This document shows, piece by piece, positions 1-9,670 of a DNA stretch of 64,000 bases. The stretch covers positions 20,731 through 84,730 of the forward strand of contig JAHJRA010000044.1 in assembly GCA_018831045.1 (NCBI GenBank). The letters run 5' to 3'. The notes beneath the pieces were generated by a model that saw only the letters and a list, made by a program, of their open reading frames with translations, was not told the origin of the DNA and ran no database searches. Position 1 is the first letter of the stretch. Every line of letters starts with the position of its first letter. Source of the stretch: Gammaproteobacteria bacterium (lineage in GTDB: Bacteria > Pseudomonadota > Gammaproteobacteria > Burkholderiales > Thiobacillaceae). The position numbers and the translations under genes were made by a program.

Positions 1-2
1 AC

Positions 3-1682
3 GGCTGGGCGCCTTACTTTGTCGAAGGCTCGGACCCCCTGACCATGCATGCCGCGATGGCCGGGGTGCTGGAGCAGTGCGTGCTGGAGATCCGCCGGAT
101 TCAGGATGAAGCCCGCGCCAGCGGCATTCCTGGCCGTCCGCGCTGGCCGATGATCGTGCTGCGCTCACCCAAAGGCTGGACCGGTCCTGCCGAGGTCGAT
201 GGCAAGAAAGTCGAGGGGTTCTGGCGTGCGCACCAAGTGCCGATTGCCGACGTGCGCAACAATCCGGCGCATCTGCAGCAACTGGAAGCCTGGCTGCACA
301 GTTACAGGCCGGATGAGCTGTTCGACGCGGCGGGTCGCCTGCGTCCCGAACTGAAGGCGCTGGCGCCCACGGGCAACCGTCGCATGAGCGCCAACCCGCA
401 TGCCAACGGCGGCCTGCTGCGGCGCGCGCTGCGCATGCCGGATTTCCGCGACTACGCAGCCGAGCTGCCCGGCCCCGGCAAGATCACGGCGGAAAACACC
501 CGCCCGCTGGGCAAGCTGCTGCGCGACGTGATGGCCGGGAACATGCACAATTTCCGCGTGTTCGGCCCGGACGAAAACGCGTCCAACAAGCTCGACAACC
601 TGTACGAAGTCACCCAAAAAACCTGGCTCGCCGATATCTATCCGGAAGACGCGGGCGGCAGCGAACTGTCGCCCGACGGCCGGGTGATGGAAATGCTGTC
701 CGAACACACCCTGGAAGGCTGGCTGGAAGGGTATCTGCTCACCGGCCGGCACGGCTTTTTCTCCACCTATGAAGCCTTCGTCCACATCATCGATTCGATG
801 TTCAACCAGCACGCCAAGTGGCTGGCGATGTCGAGCAAGGTGCCGTGGCGGGCGCCAGTGTCATCGCTCAACCTGCTGATCACTTCGACCGTCTGGCGCC
901 AGGACCACAACGGCTTCACCCATCAGGACCCGGGTTTTCTCGACGTGGTGGTGAACAAGAGTCCCGCCGTCACCCGCATCTACCTGCCGCCGGATGTGAA
1001 CACGCTGCTGGTGACCTCCGCCCAGTGTCTGGAGAGCACCGATCTCATCAACGTCATCGTCTGCGACAAGCAGAAGCACCTGCAGTACCTCGACATGAAC
1101 GCGGCGATCAAGCACTGCACCAAGGGCATCGGCATCTGGGAATGGGCCAGCAACGACGATGGGGCGGAACCCGACGTGGTGATGGCCAGCGCCGGCGACA
1201 TTCCCACCAAGGAAGCGCTGGCGGCGACGGTGCTGCTGCGCGAGCACTTCCCCGGTCTCAAGGTGCGCTTCATCAACGTGGTCGATCTGTACAAGCTGAC
1301 CCCGGCCAGTGAACACCCGCACGGGCTCAGCGACAAGGATTTCGACAGCCTGTTCACGCTCGACAAGCCGGTGATCTTCAACTTCCACGGCTATCCCTGG
1401 CTGATCCATCGCCTGGCCTACCGCCGCCACAATCATGACAACCTGCACGTGCGCGGCTACAAGGAAAAGGGCAGCATCAACACGCCGCTGGAACTGGCGA
1501 TCCAGAATGAGATCGACCGCTTCAGCCTCGCCATCGACGTGATCGACCGTATCCCCGCCCTGCGCGTGGCGGGTGCCCACGTCAAGGAAAAGCTGCGCGA
1601 CAGGCAGATCGAGTGCCGCAATTACGCGTATGAACACGGTGTCGACCTGCCCGAGGCGGATGCCTGGGTGTGGCCTTACTGA
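3..1682 (+). CDS. xfp: Phosphoketolase (XFP family), 5'-truncated by the window edge
   Basis: Frame is open from base 3. Motifs [49 protein letters not shown] and GYKEKG are typical of XFP. Confidence 0.95.
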   Translation, partial: GWAPYFVEGSDPLTMHAAMAGVLEQCVLEIRRIQDEARASGIPGRPRWPMIVLRSPKGWTGPAEVDGKKVEGFWRAHQVPIADVRNNPAHLQQLEAWLHSYRPDELFDAAGRLRPELKALAPTGNRRMSANPHANGGLLRRALRMPDFRDYAAELPGPGKITAENTRPLGKLLRDVMAGNMHNFRVFGPDENASNKLDNLYEVTQKTWLADIYPEDAGGSELSPDGRVMEMLSEHTLEGWLEGYLLTGRHGFFSTYEAFVHIIDSMFNQHAKWLAMSSKVPWRAPVSSLNLLITSTVWRQDHNGFTHQDPGFLDVVVNKSPAVTRIYLPPDVNTLLVTSAQCLESTDLINVIVCDKQKHLQYLDMNAAIKHCTKGIGIWEWASNDDGAEPDVVMASAGDIPTKEALAATVLLREHFPGLKVRFINVVDLYKLTPASEHPHGLSDKDFDSLFTLDKPVIFNFHGYPWLIHRLAYRRHNHDNLHVRGYKEKGSINTPLELAIQNEIDRFSLAIDVIDRIPALRVAGAHVKEKLRDRQIECRNYAYEHGVDLPEADAWVWPY

Positions 1683-1707
1683 CGCATTGCGCACCGGAAA
1701 GGCGACC

Positions 1708-4182
1708 ATGTCTGAATATGCCGAACGTTCCCTGCATACCCGTACCGCGCGGTCGGTCGATGCCTTGCGCCGCTCGTTTACAGACAACCTCTACTACCTC
1801 ACTGGGCGTTCGTTCGAGAAGGCGGCTCCCCACGACTTTTACACGGCGCTGGCCTACACCGTGCGTGATCGCATGCTGGAGCGCTACATCCTCACCAGCG
1901 AGCGCTACCGGCAGAACAGCAACCGCATGGTCTGCTATTTTTCGGCAGAGTTTTTGCTGGGGCCGCATCTGGGCAACAACATTCTCAATCTGGGCCTGCG
2001 CGACAACCTTGACGAAGCCTTGCGCGAACTGGGGCTGGATCTGGAAACCCTGCTGCAGCAGGAGCAGGAGCCGGGGCTGGGTAATGGCGGTCTGGGTCGC
2101 CTCGCCGCCTGTTATCTGGATTCGCTGGCCACGCTTGAAATCCCGGCGGTGGGTTACGGCATCCGCTACGAGTTCGGCCTGTTCGACCAGCACATCAAGG
2201 ATGGCTGGCAGGTGGAAGTGACCGATGCCTGGCTGCGCGACGGCAACCCCTGGGAGTTGCAGAACCGTCACCAGCGCTATCCGGTCAAGCTGGGCGGCCA
2301 TACCGAAACCTACCGCGACAGGCATGACCGCTTGCGGGTCAGGTGGACGTCCGACTGCACGGTCTACGGCGTGGCCTACGACACGCCCATCCTTGGCTAC
2401 GGCGTCAACAACGTCAACCTGCTGCGGCTGTGGAAATCGGAGGCGCACGATTCCTTCGATTTCCAGGCGTTCAATATCGGCAATTACTACGGCGCCGTCG
2501 AAGCCATGGTGATGGCCGAAAACCTGACCAAGGTGCTGTATCCCAACGACGACCCCGAGGCGGGCAAGGAACTGCGCCTCAAGCAGCAGTATTTCTTTGT
2601 GTCGTGTTCGCTGCAGGACATGGTGCGGATCACCCTGCGCGAGCTGGGCGACCTTGCGCGCTTTGCCGACAAATACGTTGCCCAGCTCAACGACACCCAT
2701 CCGGCCATTGCCGTGCCGGAGTTGATGCGCCTGCTGGTGGACGAGCACGGCTTCCCCTGGGAACAGGCGTGGGACATCACCCGCACGAGTTTCGCCTACA
2801 CCAACCACACGCTGTTGCCAGAGGCACTGGAGACCTGGCCGCTGGAGATGTTCCGACGCATCCTGCCGCGCCATCTCGAGATTATTTACGAGATCAACCG
2901 CCGTTTTCTCGACGAAGTGCGCATGCGCTTTCTTGACGACGAGACACGCATCGAGCGCATGTCGCTGATTGCCGAGGGACCTGTTCGAAGCGTTCGCATG
3001 GCGCATCTTGCCGCCGTCGGCAGCTTTTCCATCAATGGCGTGGCAGCCTTGCACACCGAGCTGCTGAAGACCACGATCCTGCGTGATTTTCACGAACTCT
3101 GGCCGGAAAAGTTCAACAACAAGACCAACGGCGTCACGCCGCGCCGCTTTGTCGCCCTGGCCAATCCGCCGCTGACCCGGCTGATCGAGGAGACCCTCGA
3201 CAGCGACTGGCTGCGCAAGCTGGAGTTGCTGCAGCGTCTGGAACCCTGGGCCGACGATGCGGCTTTCCGGACGCGCTGGAGGGAGGTCAAACTGATGGCC
3301 AAGCAGCAATTGGCCCGCTTCATCAGGGAAATTGTCGGGATTACGGTTGATCCTGCGTCGCTGTTCGATATCCAGGCCAAGCGCATTCATGAATACAAAC
3401 GCCAGCATCTGAACCTGCTGCACATTATCAGCCGCTATAGCCGCCTGAAGGGTAGCCCGAATGCGGATGCCGCGCCGCGCACCTTCATCTTTAGCGGCAA
3501 GGCTGCGCCCAGTTACCGGATGGCCAAGCTGATCATCAAGCTGATCCATGCCGTGGCCGACGTGGTGAACCGCGACCCGCAGGTCAACCAGCTGATGAAA
3601 GTGGTGTTCATCCCCGATTTCAATGTCAAGAATGCCCAGCGCATCTATCCGGCTGCCGACCTGTCCGAGCAGATTTCTACCGCCGGCAAGGAAGCCTCGG
3701 GTACCGGCAACATGAAATTCTCGATGAACGGCGCGCTCACCATCGGCACGCTGGATGGCGCCAACGTCGAGATCCGCGACGCGGTAGGGGAAGAAAATTT
3801 TTTCCTGTTCGGCCTGACAGCCGGGCAGGTACAGGCGCGGCTGGATCAGGGCTATGTACCCGGTCAGTTGATCGAGGCCGATCCCGAACTGCGGCATGCG
3901 CTTGACCTGATCGACTCCGGCCTGTTTTCGCATGGCGACCGGCAGTTGTTTGCGCCGCTCACGCGCAAACTGCGCGAGCAGGATCCGTATCTGGTCTGCG
4001 CCGACTACCGCGCGTATGTGGATTGCCAGGATACGGTCGACCGCCTGTATCGCGACGCCGAACGGTGGACCCGCACGTCCATCCTCAACGTGGCACGCAT
4101 CGGCCGTTTTTCATCCGACCGCGCCATTCATGAGTATGCCGAGGACATCTGGCGGGTTCGGGCGGTGCCCGTCAAAGGCTGA
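1708..4182 (+). CDS. glgP: Glycogen/starch/alpha-glucan phosphorylase
   Basis: GLGNGGLGRLAAC, QLNDTHP, NKTNGVTPRR, KRIHEYKRQ and the PLP-lysine motif EASGTGNMKF. Start placed at the ATG after the xfp stop. Confidence 0.97.
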   Translation: MSEYAERSLHTRTARSVDALRRSFTDNLYYLTGRSFEKAAPHDFYTALAYTVRDRMLERYILTSERYRQNSNRMVCYFSAEFLLGPHLGNNILNLGLRDNLDEALRELGLDLETLLQQEQEPGLGNGGLGRLAACYLDSLATLEIPAVGYGIRYEFGLFDQHIKDGWQVEVTDAWLRDGNPWELQNRHQRYPVKLGGHTETYRDRHDRLRVRWTSDCTVYGVAYDTPILGYGVNNVNLLRLWKSEAHDSFDFQAFNIGNYYGAVEAMVMAENLTKVLYPNDDPEAGKELRLKQQYFFVSCSLQDMVRITLRELGDLARFADKYVAQLNDTHPAIAVPELMRLLVDEHGFPWEQAWDITRTSFAYTNHTLLPEALETWPLEMFRRILPRHLEIIYEINRRFLDEVRMRFLDDETRIERMSLIAEGPVRSVRMAHLAAVGSFSINGVAALHTELLKTTILRDFHELWPEKFNNKTNGVTPRRFVALANPPLTRLIEETLDSDWLRKLELLQRLEPWADDAAFRTRWREVKLMAKQQLARFIREIVGITVDPASLFDIQAKRIHEYKRQHLNLLHIISRYSRLKGSPNADAAPRTFIFSGKAAPSYRMAKLIIKLIHAVADVVNRDPQVNQLMKVVFIPDFNVKNAQRIYPAADLSEQISTAGKEASGTGNMKFSMNGALTIGTLDGANVEIRDAVGEENFFLFGLTAGQVQARLDQGYVPGQLIEADPELRHALDLIDSGLFSHGDRQLFAPLTRKLREQDPYLVCADYRAYVDCQDTVDRLYRDAERWTRTSILNVARIGRFSSDRAIHEYAEDIWRVRAVPVKG

Positions 4183-4192
4183 AGCCTCGGCG

Positions 4193-4555
4193 CTACAAGC
4201 GGTTTGTCGTTGACGCTGTGGGTTGAGGGACGGACAGCAGGCTGTCGGTGAGCGTCTGCATGCATGCGACATGCCGCGCTTCGGCCTGCTGGAATGCAAC
4301 GATCAATTGTTCCGCTGCTGCGGTCAGACGGCTGCCCGCCGGATCACTTTGCACCAGCGGGGTTTGCCACGCGCTGTTCATGGCATCCACCGCATCCCAC
4401 GCCGCCTTGTAGCTCATCTTCATTGCCTTGGCCGCTTTGGAAATGGAGCCAGTTTCGCGGATGCGCTGCAACAGCTCGATCCGGCCGCGGCCGAGGAAGT
4501 TTTTGCCGTCGAGCGTGAGCCAGAAACGGCCATCGACTTTGAGTTGGGGATGCAT
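4193..4555 (-). CDS. ModE-family winged-helix regulator, N-terminal domain only
   Basis: GRGRIELLQRIRETGSISKAAKAMKMSYKAAWDAVDAMN matches the ModE HTH. No TOBE domain follows. Confidence 0.85.
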   Translation of the reverse strand: MHPQLKVDGRFWLTLDGKNFLGRGRIELLQRIRETGSISKAAKAMKMSYKAAWDAVDAMNSAWQTPLVQSDPAGSRLTAAAEQLIVAFQQAEARHVACMQTLTDSLLSVPQPTASTTNRL

Positions 4556-4635
4556 CGCCCGAGTGTAGCAAACGAGGCTTGCGTGTCTGCGCGTATATGG
4601 CCGAAAATCGAGCCTCCTATCCACGAGAGACCGCC

Positions 4636-5094
4636 ATGAAAAGAACCCTCGCTGCGTGCGTCCTGTTTGGCCTGTCGATGCCTGCGCTGGCAACGGATGC
4701 TTATTTCGTCCTGTTTAAAACGCAGGGGGATTTCTCGTTTGTGCGCGATTCGCTGCAAGTCGCGATCGAAGGCAAAGGACTGGTGATCAATCACACCAAC
4801 CAGATTGCCGGGATGCTGGAGCGTACCGGCAAGGATCTGGGCGCGACCCAACAGGTTTTTACGAATGGCGAGCAGTTCGAGTTTTGCAGTGCAACGATTT
4901 CGCGCGCGATGATGGAAGCCGATCCGCATGCGATCACGATGTGCCCATACATCGTTTCGGTGTACACGATTCCCGGCGACGCCAACGTGTACGTTGCTTA
5001 CCGCAAACCCGGCCCTACCCAGAACCCGGCGCTGCAAAAGGCGCTGGATCAGGTTGAAACGCTGTTGACCGAGATCATTGAAGAGGCGCTGTAA
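4636..5094 (+). CDS. Exported DUF302-family protein
   Basis: Signal peptide plus EFCSA...CPY motifs. Confidence 0.8.
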   Translation: MKRTLAACVLFGLSMPALATDAYFVLFKTQGDFSFVRDSLQVAIEGKGLVINHTNQIAGMLERTGKDLGATQQVFTNGEQFEFCSATISRAMMEADPHAITMCPYIVSVYTIPGDANVYVAYRKPGPTQNPALQKALDQVETLLTEIIEEAL

Positions 5095-5118
5095 GGCCTT
5101 TCATCCGGCACCGGTCAT

Positions 5119-6315
5119 TCAGCCCGGTTTGCCGTCAACCCTGGGGCGCAGCAGCATGGGCGCGTAGAGCGCCGCAAACAGGCCGAATGCCACTATCCAC
5201 AGAAATCCGGCGACCACGGTGCCGGCAAGATAGTCGGCCGGAACCAGCAGCGGCAAAGCGATGCGACTCAAGGCGGCGCAGTTGACCGCCATGAAAGCCA
5301 GTGTCATCAGCGGGGCGGGTTCCAGCATGCGTCCGGTGTGACCGAGCGATACCCGTGCCATCATGCCCAGGGTTAACGCGCCGATGGCACCTGCAGTGAA
5401 GGCATGCAGGGCGCTGCTGGCAGGGACATCCAGCCCGATGGCAGACAGCGTCATCAGGGCGAAGCCGAGCACGATCCAGGCATATCCCATGTGCAAAATC
5501 CACAACAAGGGCACTGACCACAGCTTGCCGGTGTACCAGCCTGCCAGCCGCACCCCGTGCATGACCGCAGCGACAGCGGCGAACAGCGCAGTGACCGGGG
5601 AAACCGGCGCAACCAGTGCCGCGGCCAGTGCACCGAGGGTGGCGACGGGCAGCAGGCGTTCGAGGAGGGGCCAGCGGCGGGCGCGGCTGCCGAGCTTATT
5701 GTCGGTAAAGCTGGGAATCACCCGTCCCCCCATCACCATCATCATGGCCACCACCGCATAGGCTGCAAGATGCAGTCCGGTTCGCGCCGTGCCGGTTGTC
5801 CAGCCCAGTGCATCGGCATGCACCAGCGCATTGGCAAAAGCCAGCGCCAGCAGCATGAGAGGGAAGGGGTAGTTGTGAAATTGCCTGGCCTTGAGGATGG
5901 GCACGGCCAGCACAGCCGCCAAAACTGGTAGAAAAGCCAGGTCGAGCCATGCCACCAGCCCGATCGGCAGACCCGGAATCAGAAATCCCAGTCGTCCCGC
6001 CAGCCACAGCAGGAACAGCGCCGCCAGCGGCGCGCCGGAAGGCATGCGGATGCCGGTCCAGTTCTGTGTGGCAGTAAGCAGGAAACCGGCGATGACCGCC
6101 ACGGCGAAGCCAAACAGCATTTCATGGCCGTGCCAGATGGCAGGCGGCAGTTCGGCGGGAATCAGACTGCCGTGCAGTACCGCCATCCACAAGCCCATCA
6201 GCAATAGGGAAAACAGGCCGGCAGCCAGAAAGAACGGCCGGAAACCCAGAGCAAAGGGTGCCCAGCGCAGAGGGGATGCGTGTTTGAGCGGGTCTTCGAT
6301 GTGCAGCAAGGCCAT
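5119..6315 (-). CDS. nnrS: NnrS family heme-copper membrane protein (NO stress)
   Basis: GFRPFFL, WHGHEMLFGF, GFLLTA.QNWTG, GGRVIPSFT and MMARVSLGHTGR. Confidence 0.93.
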   Translation of the reverse strand: MALLHIEDPLKHASPLRWAPFALGFRPFFLAAGLFSLLLMGLWMAVLHGSLIPAELPPAIWHGHEMLFGFAVAVIAGFLLTATQNWTGIRMPSGAPLAALFLLWLAGRLGFLIPGLPIGLVAWLDLAFLPVLAAVLAVPILKARQFHNYPFPLMLLALAFANALVHADALGWTTGTARTGLHLAAYAVVAMMMVMGGRVIPSFTDNKLGSRARRWPLLERLLPVATLGALAAALVAPVSPVTALFAAVAAVMHGVRLAGWYTGKLWSVPLLWILHMGYAWIVLGFALMTLSAIGLDVPASSALHAFTAGAIGALTLGMMARVSLGHTGRMLEPAPLMTLAFMAVNCAALSRIALPLLVPADYLAGTVVAGFLWIVAFGLFAALYAPMLLRPRVDGKPG

Positions 6316-6356
6316 GGTGTTTTCCGGGGTAAATACGTGAGGTGAGCAGGAAGGGG

Positions 6357-6674
6357 TCAGCCGGTGCTCCAGGCACGTGGCCGCCGCATGCCGGCGATTT
6401 TACAGGCTTGTTTCACGTAGCCGTACGGATAGAGCTGGAACAGTTTCTTCTGCGCTTCCTTGCCCACCCGCTCGGCCAGATGCTTGATGACGAAACGCGC
6501 ATCGGCGATGACCTGATGCTCCTCGTAGTATGCGCGCATGAAATGGATTGTGTCCCAGTGGTCATCGGTGAGCTGGATGTTCTCCTCCTCGGCGAGGGCG
6601 CGCGCCACGTCCTCGTTCCAGTCTGCGGGTTCGACCAGATAGCCTTCGGCATCGCGTTCGGGCAGGGTGCTCAT
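6357..6674 (-). CDS. TusE/DsrC/DsvC family protein lacking the C-terminal Cys (RspA-like)
   Basis: RDAEGYL...WNEDVA, LTDDHW..I.F.R.YY and LYPYGYVKQACKIAG; ends RPRAWSTG. AGGAGA RBS lies before the ATG at 6674. Confidence 0.88.
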   Translation of the reverse strand: MSTLPERDAEGYLVEPADWNEDVARALAEEENIQLTDDHWDTIHFMRAYYEEHQVIADARFVIKHLAERVGKEAQKKLFQLYPYGYVKQACKIAGMRRPRAWSTG

Positions 6675-6722
6675 CGGGATTCTCCTGTGTGTGGGTTCAT
6701 GCATTCTGACAGCCGGGTGGAC

Positions 6723-8270
6723 TCAGGTGCCGCCGCCGTGGAATTCGACGCCGGGCTGGCGTTCCGGCAGGTCGGCTACCAGCAACTCGCGCCGTGCGAT
6801 GGCCAGTGCCTCGACACTGGATGCGTTCAGATACGTTTTGGCATCGGACACAGCCGCCGCCAGCAACTCGGCTGCCAGCGCGTCGGGTTCGCGCCCCAGC
6901 GATCTGGCCAGCGCCCGCAGTTCGGTGCATGGATCCTGCGGCAGGCGGATTTCCAGCGGTTTTCCTTTGCTGGCGGCAAGCGGAACGGCGGCGGCCGCGC
7001 CCGGCTCGGCCAGTACCTGGCTCATCACGCGGGCGATCTGCGAGGCGGCTGACGGCAACGGGGTACCGGGCTGCAAGCGGATCTTGTTGATGAAATATTT
7101 CTCGAAATCGATCTTGGCCTGATGTACCCAACGGCCCTGGCGCATCCAGTTGATATCGCGCAAGGGCACCTGCGGCTCGGACAGATACGCGGCGCCGTTG
7201 TTGCCCATGTCAGAGAGCCACTTGGCGCGCTGTGGTACGTAGCTCACCAGCGGCGCGTCGCTGATCAGGGCGAGGATGTTCTGCACCACGATCTCGCCGG
7301 CTTTCGAAATCGAATACACCGAGTCGGGCGCACCCACCGGCACCGGCGTTTGATCGACCGCCGGTTGCGCCACGCAGGCGCCCAGCGCGAACACGTTGGG
7401 GTAATCGGGGTTGCGCAGGTATTCGTCCACCACCACCAGCCCGCGTTCGTTGACCAGTCCGGTTGCCGTCCGCACCCCGGGCACGCCGCCGAAAGCCGGC
7501 CAGACCATCGAATAGGCATAGGGCAGGGTGTGGGTCTGTTTTTCGTTGCCGGCTGCATCAAGCTCGATGACATGGAGGCTGTCCTTGTCGATGCGAACCA
7601 TGCGCGCATTGCAGATCACGCTGATCTTGGTGTCGACCAAGGCGGCGGTCACCGCACCGCGGCTGGCGCCTTCGCCACCGAGCCCGAGGTGGCCGGGCCA
7701 GGGTTCGGGCGTGACCAGGGTGATGGCCACCCGCTCGCGGATGTTGCGCCGCTTGAGGTCGGCGTCGATCAGGAAGGCATATTCGTAGAGCGGCCCCAGC
7801 ACGCTGGCGCCGGGTGCCGCGCCAATCACGATGGGTCCGGGATGGCGGACAAATTCGCGATAGGCGGCGAGCGCCTGCTCGGCCTGGTCGACGTGGATCA
7901 CCGAGTGGGTGTGCTCGGCCAGACCGGGGATGGCGTCGGTCAGCCCGGCCACCCCGGTGGCGATCAGCAGGGTGTCGTAGAACAGCACATCGCCGTTTTC
8001 CAGATCGACCTGGATGACATCGGGCTGGATGCGTTTGACTGCGCTGTGGATGAACTTGATGCCGCGCGATTCGAGACAGGGTCCGATCGGAAAGGCGATG
8101 TCGGACCGCTCGCGCCAGCCCATGGCAACCCACGGGTTCGACGGCACGAAATGGAAGTAGGGTTTGTCCGACACCACCGTCACTTCGTCGTGCGGGCCCA
8201 GCTTGGCTTTCAGGGCGTAGGCCGCGGTTACGCCCGCGATGCCGGCTCCGAGGATGACAACATGAGTCAT
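6723..8270 (-). CDS. Sulfide:quinone oxidoreductase homolog with catalytic Cys substitutions and a C-terminal extension
   Basis: GAGIAG FAD motif, FVPSNPWV, GRWVH.AK..FEKYF. Positions where SQRs have Cys read SVIHV, GASVLGP and AKWLSDMG. Confidence 0.85.
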   Translation of the reverse strand: MTHVVILGAGIAGVTAAYALKAKLGPHDEVTVVSDKPYFHFVPSNPWVAMGWRERSDIAFPIGPCLESRGIKFIHSAVKRIQPDVIQVDLENGDVLFYDTLLIATGVAGLTDAIPGLAEHTHSVIHVDQAEQALAAYREFVRHPGPIVIGAAPGASVLGPLYEYAFLIDADLKRRNIRERVAITLVTPEPWPGHLGLGGEGASRGAVTAALVDTKISVICNARMVRIDKDSLHVIELDAAGNEKQTHTLPYAYSMVWPAFGGVPGVRTATGLVNERGLVVVDEYLRNPDYPNVFALGACVAQPAVDQTPVPVGAPDSVYSISKAGEIVVQNILALISDAPLVSYVPQRAKWLSDMGNNGAAYLSEPQVPLRDINWMRQGRWVHQAKIDFEKYFINKIRLQPGTPLPSAASQIARVMSQVLAEPGAAAAVPLAASKGKPLEIRLPQDPCTELRALARSLGREPDALAAELLAAAVSDAKTYLNASSVEALAIARRELLVADLPERQPGVEFHGGGT

Positions 8271-8294
8271 TTCAGTCTCCTTGATTGATTAGCA

Positions 8295-8978
8295 TCAGCT
8301 GCGCGGACGCACCAGCTGCCAGGTGCGCACCAGGTAGGTCGTGGCAGCAAAACCGCTCCACACATGCACCAGACGGGTGAACGGGAAAATGAGGAAGATC
8401 GTCATGCCGAGGAACAGGTGGGTCTTGAAGATCCAGCCCGCGCCCGCCAGCAGTTCGACCGCCCCGCCACGGAAGGTGACGATGCGCTGCCCCCATTCGG
8501 CAAGCCGGATCATCATGCTGCCGTCGAGATGCTGCGCCGACAGCGGGATGGTGGCGAGGCCCAGCAGCAGCTGCAGCCACAGTAGCAGGAGGATCACGAT
8601 GTCGCTGGTTTTGGAGGTGGCGCGGATGCGCGGCTCGGTCAGCCGGCGGTGCAACAGCAGGGACAGCCCGATGAAGGCCAGCACGCCCGCAGCGCCGCCA
8701 GAAACCATGGCCAGGATCTGCTTGGCACCAGCGCTGATGAAGGGCTCATACAGAAAGTGCGGCGTCAGCATGCCGACGAAATGGCCGAAGAACAGGAACA
8801 GCACGCCGATGTGGAACAGGTTGCTGCCCAGCCGCAGCTGGCCGCGTCGCAACAGCTGCGACGAATCGCTTTTCCACGTGTACTGCTCGCGGTCGAAGCG
8901 GATCAGGCTGCCAAGGAAAAAAATCGACAGGGCAATGTATGGATAAATGCCGAACAGAAAAGTTTGTGAGTAGGACAT
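8295..8978 (-). CDS. narI: Respiratory nitrate reductase gamma subunit (cytochrome b)
   Basis: TWKSDSSQLL, FHIG..FLFFGH and FPFTRLVH heme-b histidines. Confidence 0.97.
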   Translation of the reverse strand: MSYSQTFLFGIYPYIALSIFFLGSLIRFDREQYTWKSDSSQLLRRGQLRLGSNLFHIGVLFLFFGHFVGMLTPHFLYEPFISAGAKQILAMVSGGAAGVLAFIGLSLLLHRRLTEPRIRATSKTSDIVILLLLWLQLLLGLATIPLSAQHLDGSMMIRLAEWGQRIVTFRGGAVELLAGAGWIFKTHLFLGMTIFLIFPFTRLVHVWSGFAATTYLVRTWQLVRPRS

Positions 8979-9002
8979 GATTTGATCCTCCAGGGGAATG
9001 CG

Positions 9003-9659
9003 TCAGGCAGCCGCCTGACGGTGCGGTTTCGGCATGTGCACCACGGCTATCTGCGGGACGGGGTTCATCAACGGCTCGACGCCATCCGTCGTCGGGCCGA
9101 ATAGCTCCATCGCCTCGTCCATGTCGCGCACCGGTGGCTCGGCCAGTTCCTGCGCTTGAACCGGTGACAGCGTTTCCAGCAACTGGAACGCGGTGGCGTA
9201 GGGGCTGCCATTGGCATCAAGCTTGCGGCCGATGGTGGCGAGCACGTGTACGGCATCGCCGAGCAGGACCAGGGCTTCGTCGGACGGCAGCAGCGACAGG
9301 AATTCAAGGAACAGCGGAACGTAATCCGGCAGCTCGGTGGCGCTGGCGTCGAAGTCGTGCTTCCAGTATTCCTCCAGCAGGTCGATCATCGCCGAGCCGC
9401 GATCGCGTGATTCGCCGTGAATGTGCTCGAACAGATGCAGCGAATGCGAAGGGTTGCGGTCGAAGGTGGCGACGTAGTTTTCCTGTAGCGGAATCAGTTC
9501 GGTTTGCTGGAGTTGCGCAAACAGCGGCGCCAGTTTGGTTTTGGCTTCGCTATTGAAATCAGCCTCGGCTGCCAGCGCATCTTCCAGCTCGGGCAAGGCT
9601 GCCAGCCAGTCGGACTCCGGATAGGTCAGCAGGATGGAAATAACTTTGAAGGTTTTCAT
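9003..9659 (-). CDS. narJ: Nitrate reductase molybdenum cofactor assembly chaperone
   Basis: SLHLFEHIHGESRDRGSAM and ELPDYVPLFLEF; lies between narH and narI. Confidence 0.96.
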   Translation of the reverse strand: MKTFKVISILLTYPESDWLAALPELEDALAAEADFNSEAKTKLAPLFAQLQQTELIPLQENYVATFDRNPSHSLHLFEHIHGESRDRGSAMIDLLEEYWKHDFDASATELPDYVPLFLEFLSLLPSDEALVLLGDAVHVLATIGRKLDANGSPYATAFQLLETLSPVQAQELAEPPVRDMDEAMELFGPTTDGVEPLMNPVPQIAVVHMPKPHRQAAA

Positions 9660-9670
9660 GGCATGGCTCC

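Noticed and set aside
4585-4615. ModE box (cgcgtatatg...)
   Set aside because: Only one partial half-site; no inverted second half.
6723-8270. Calling this gene a functional sqr
   Set aside because: The catalytic cysteines are absent, so no gene symbol was assigned.
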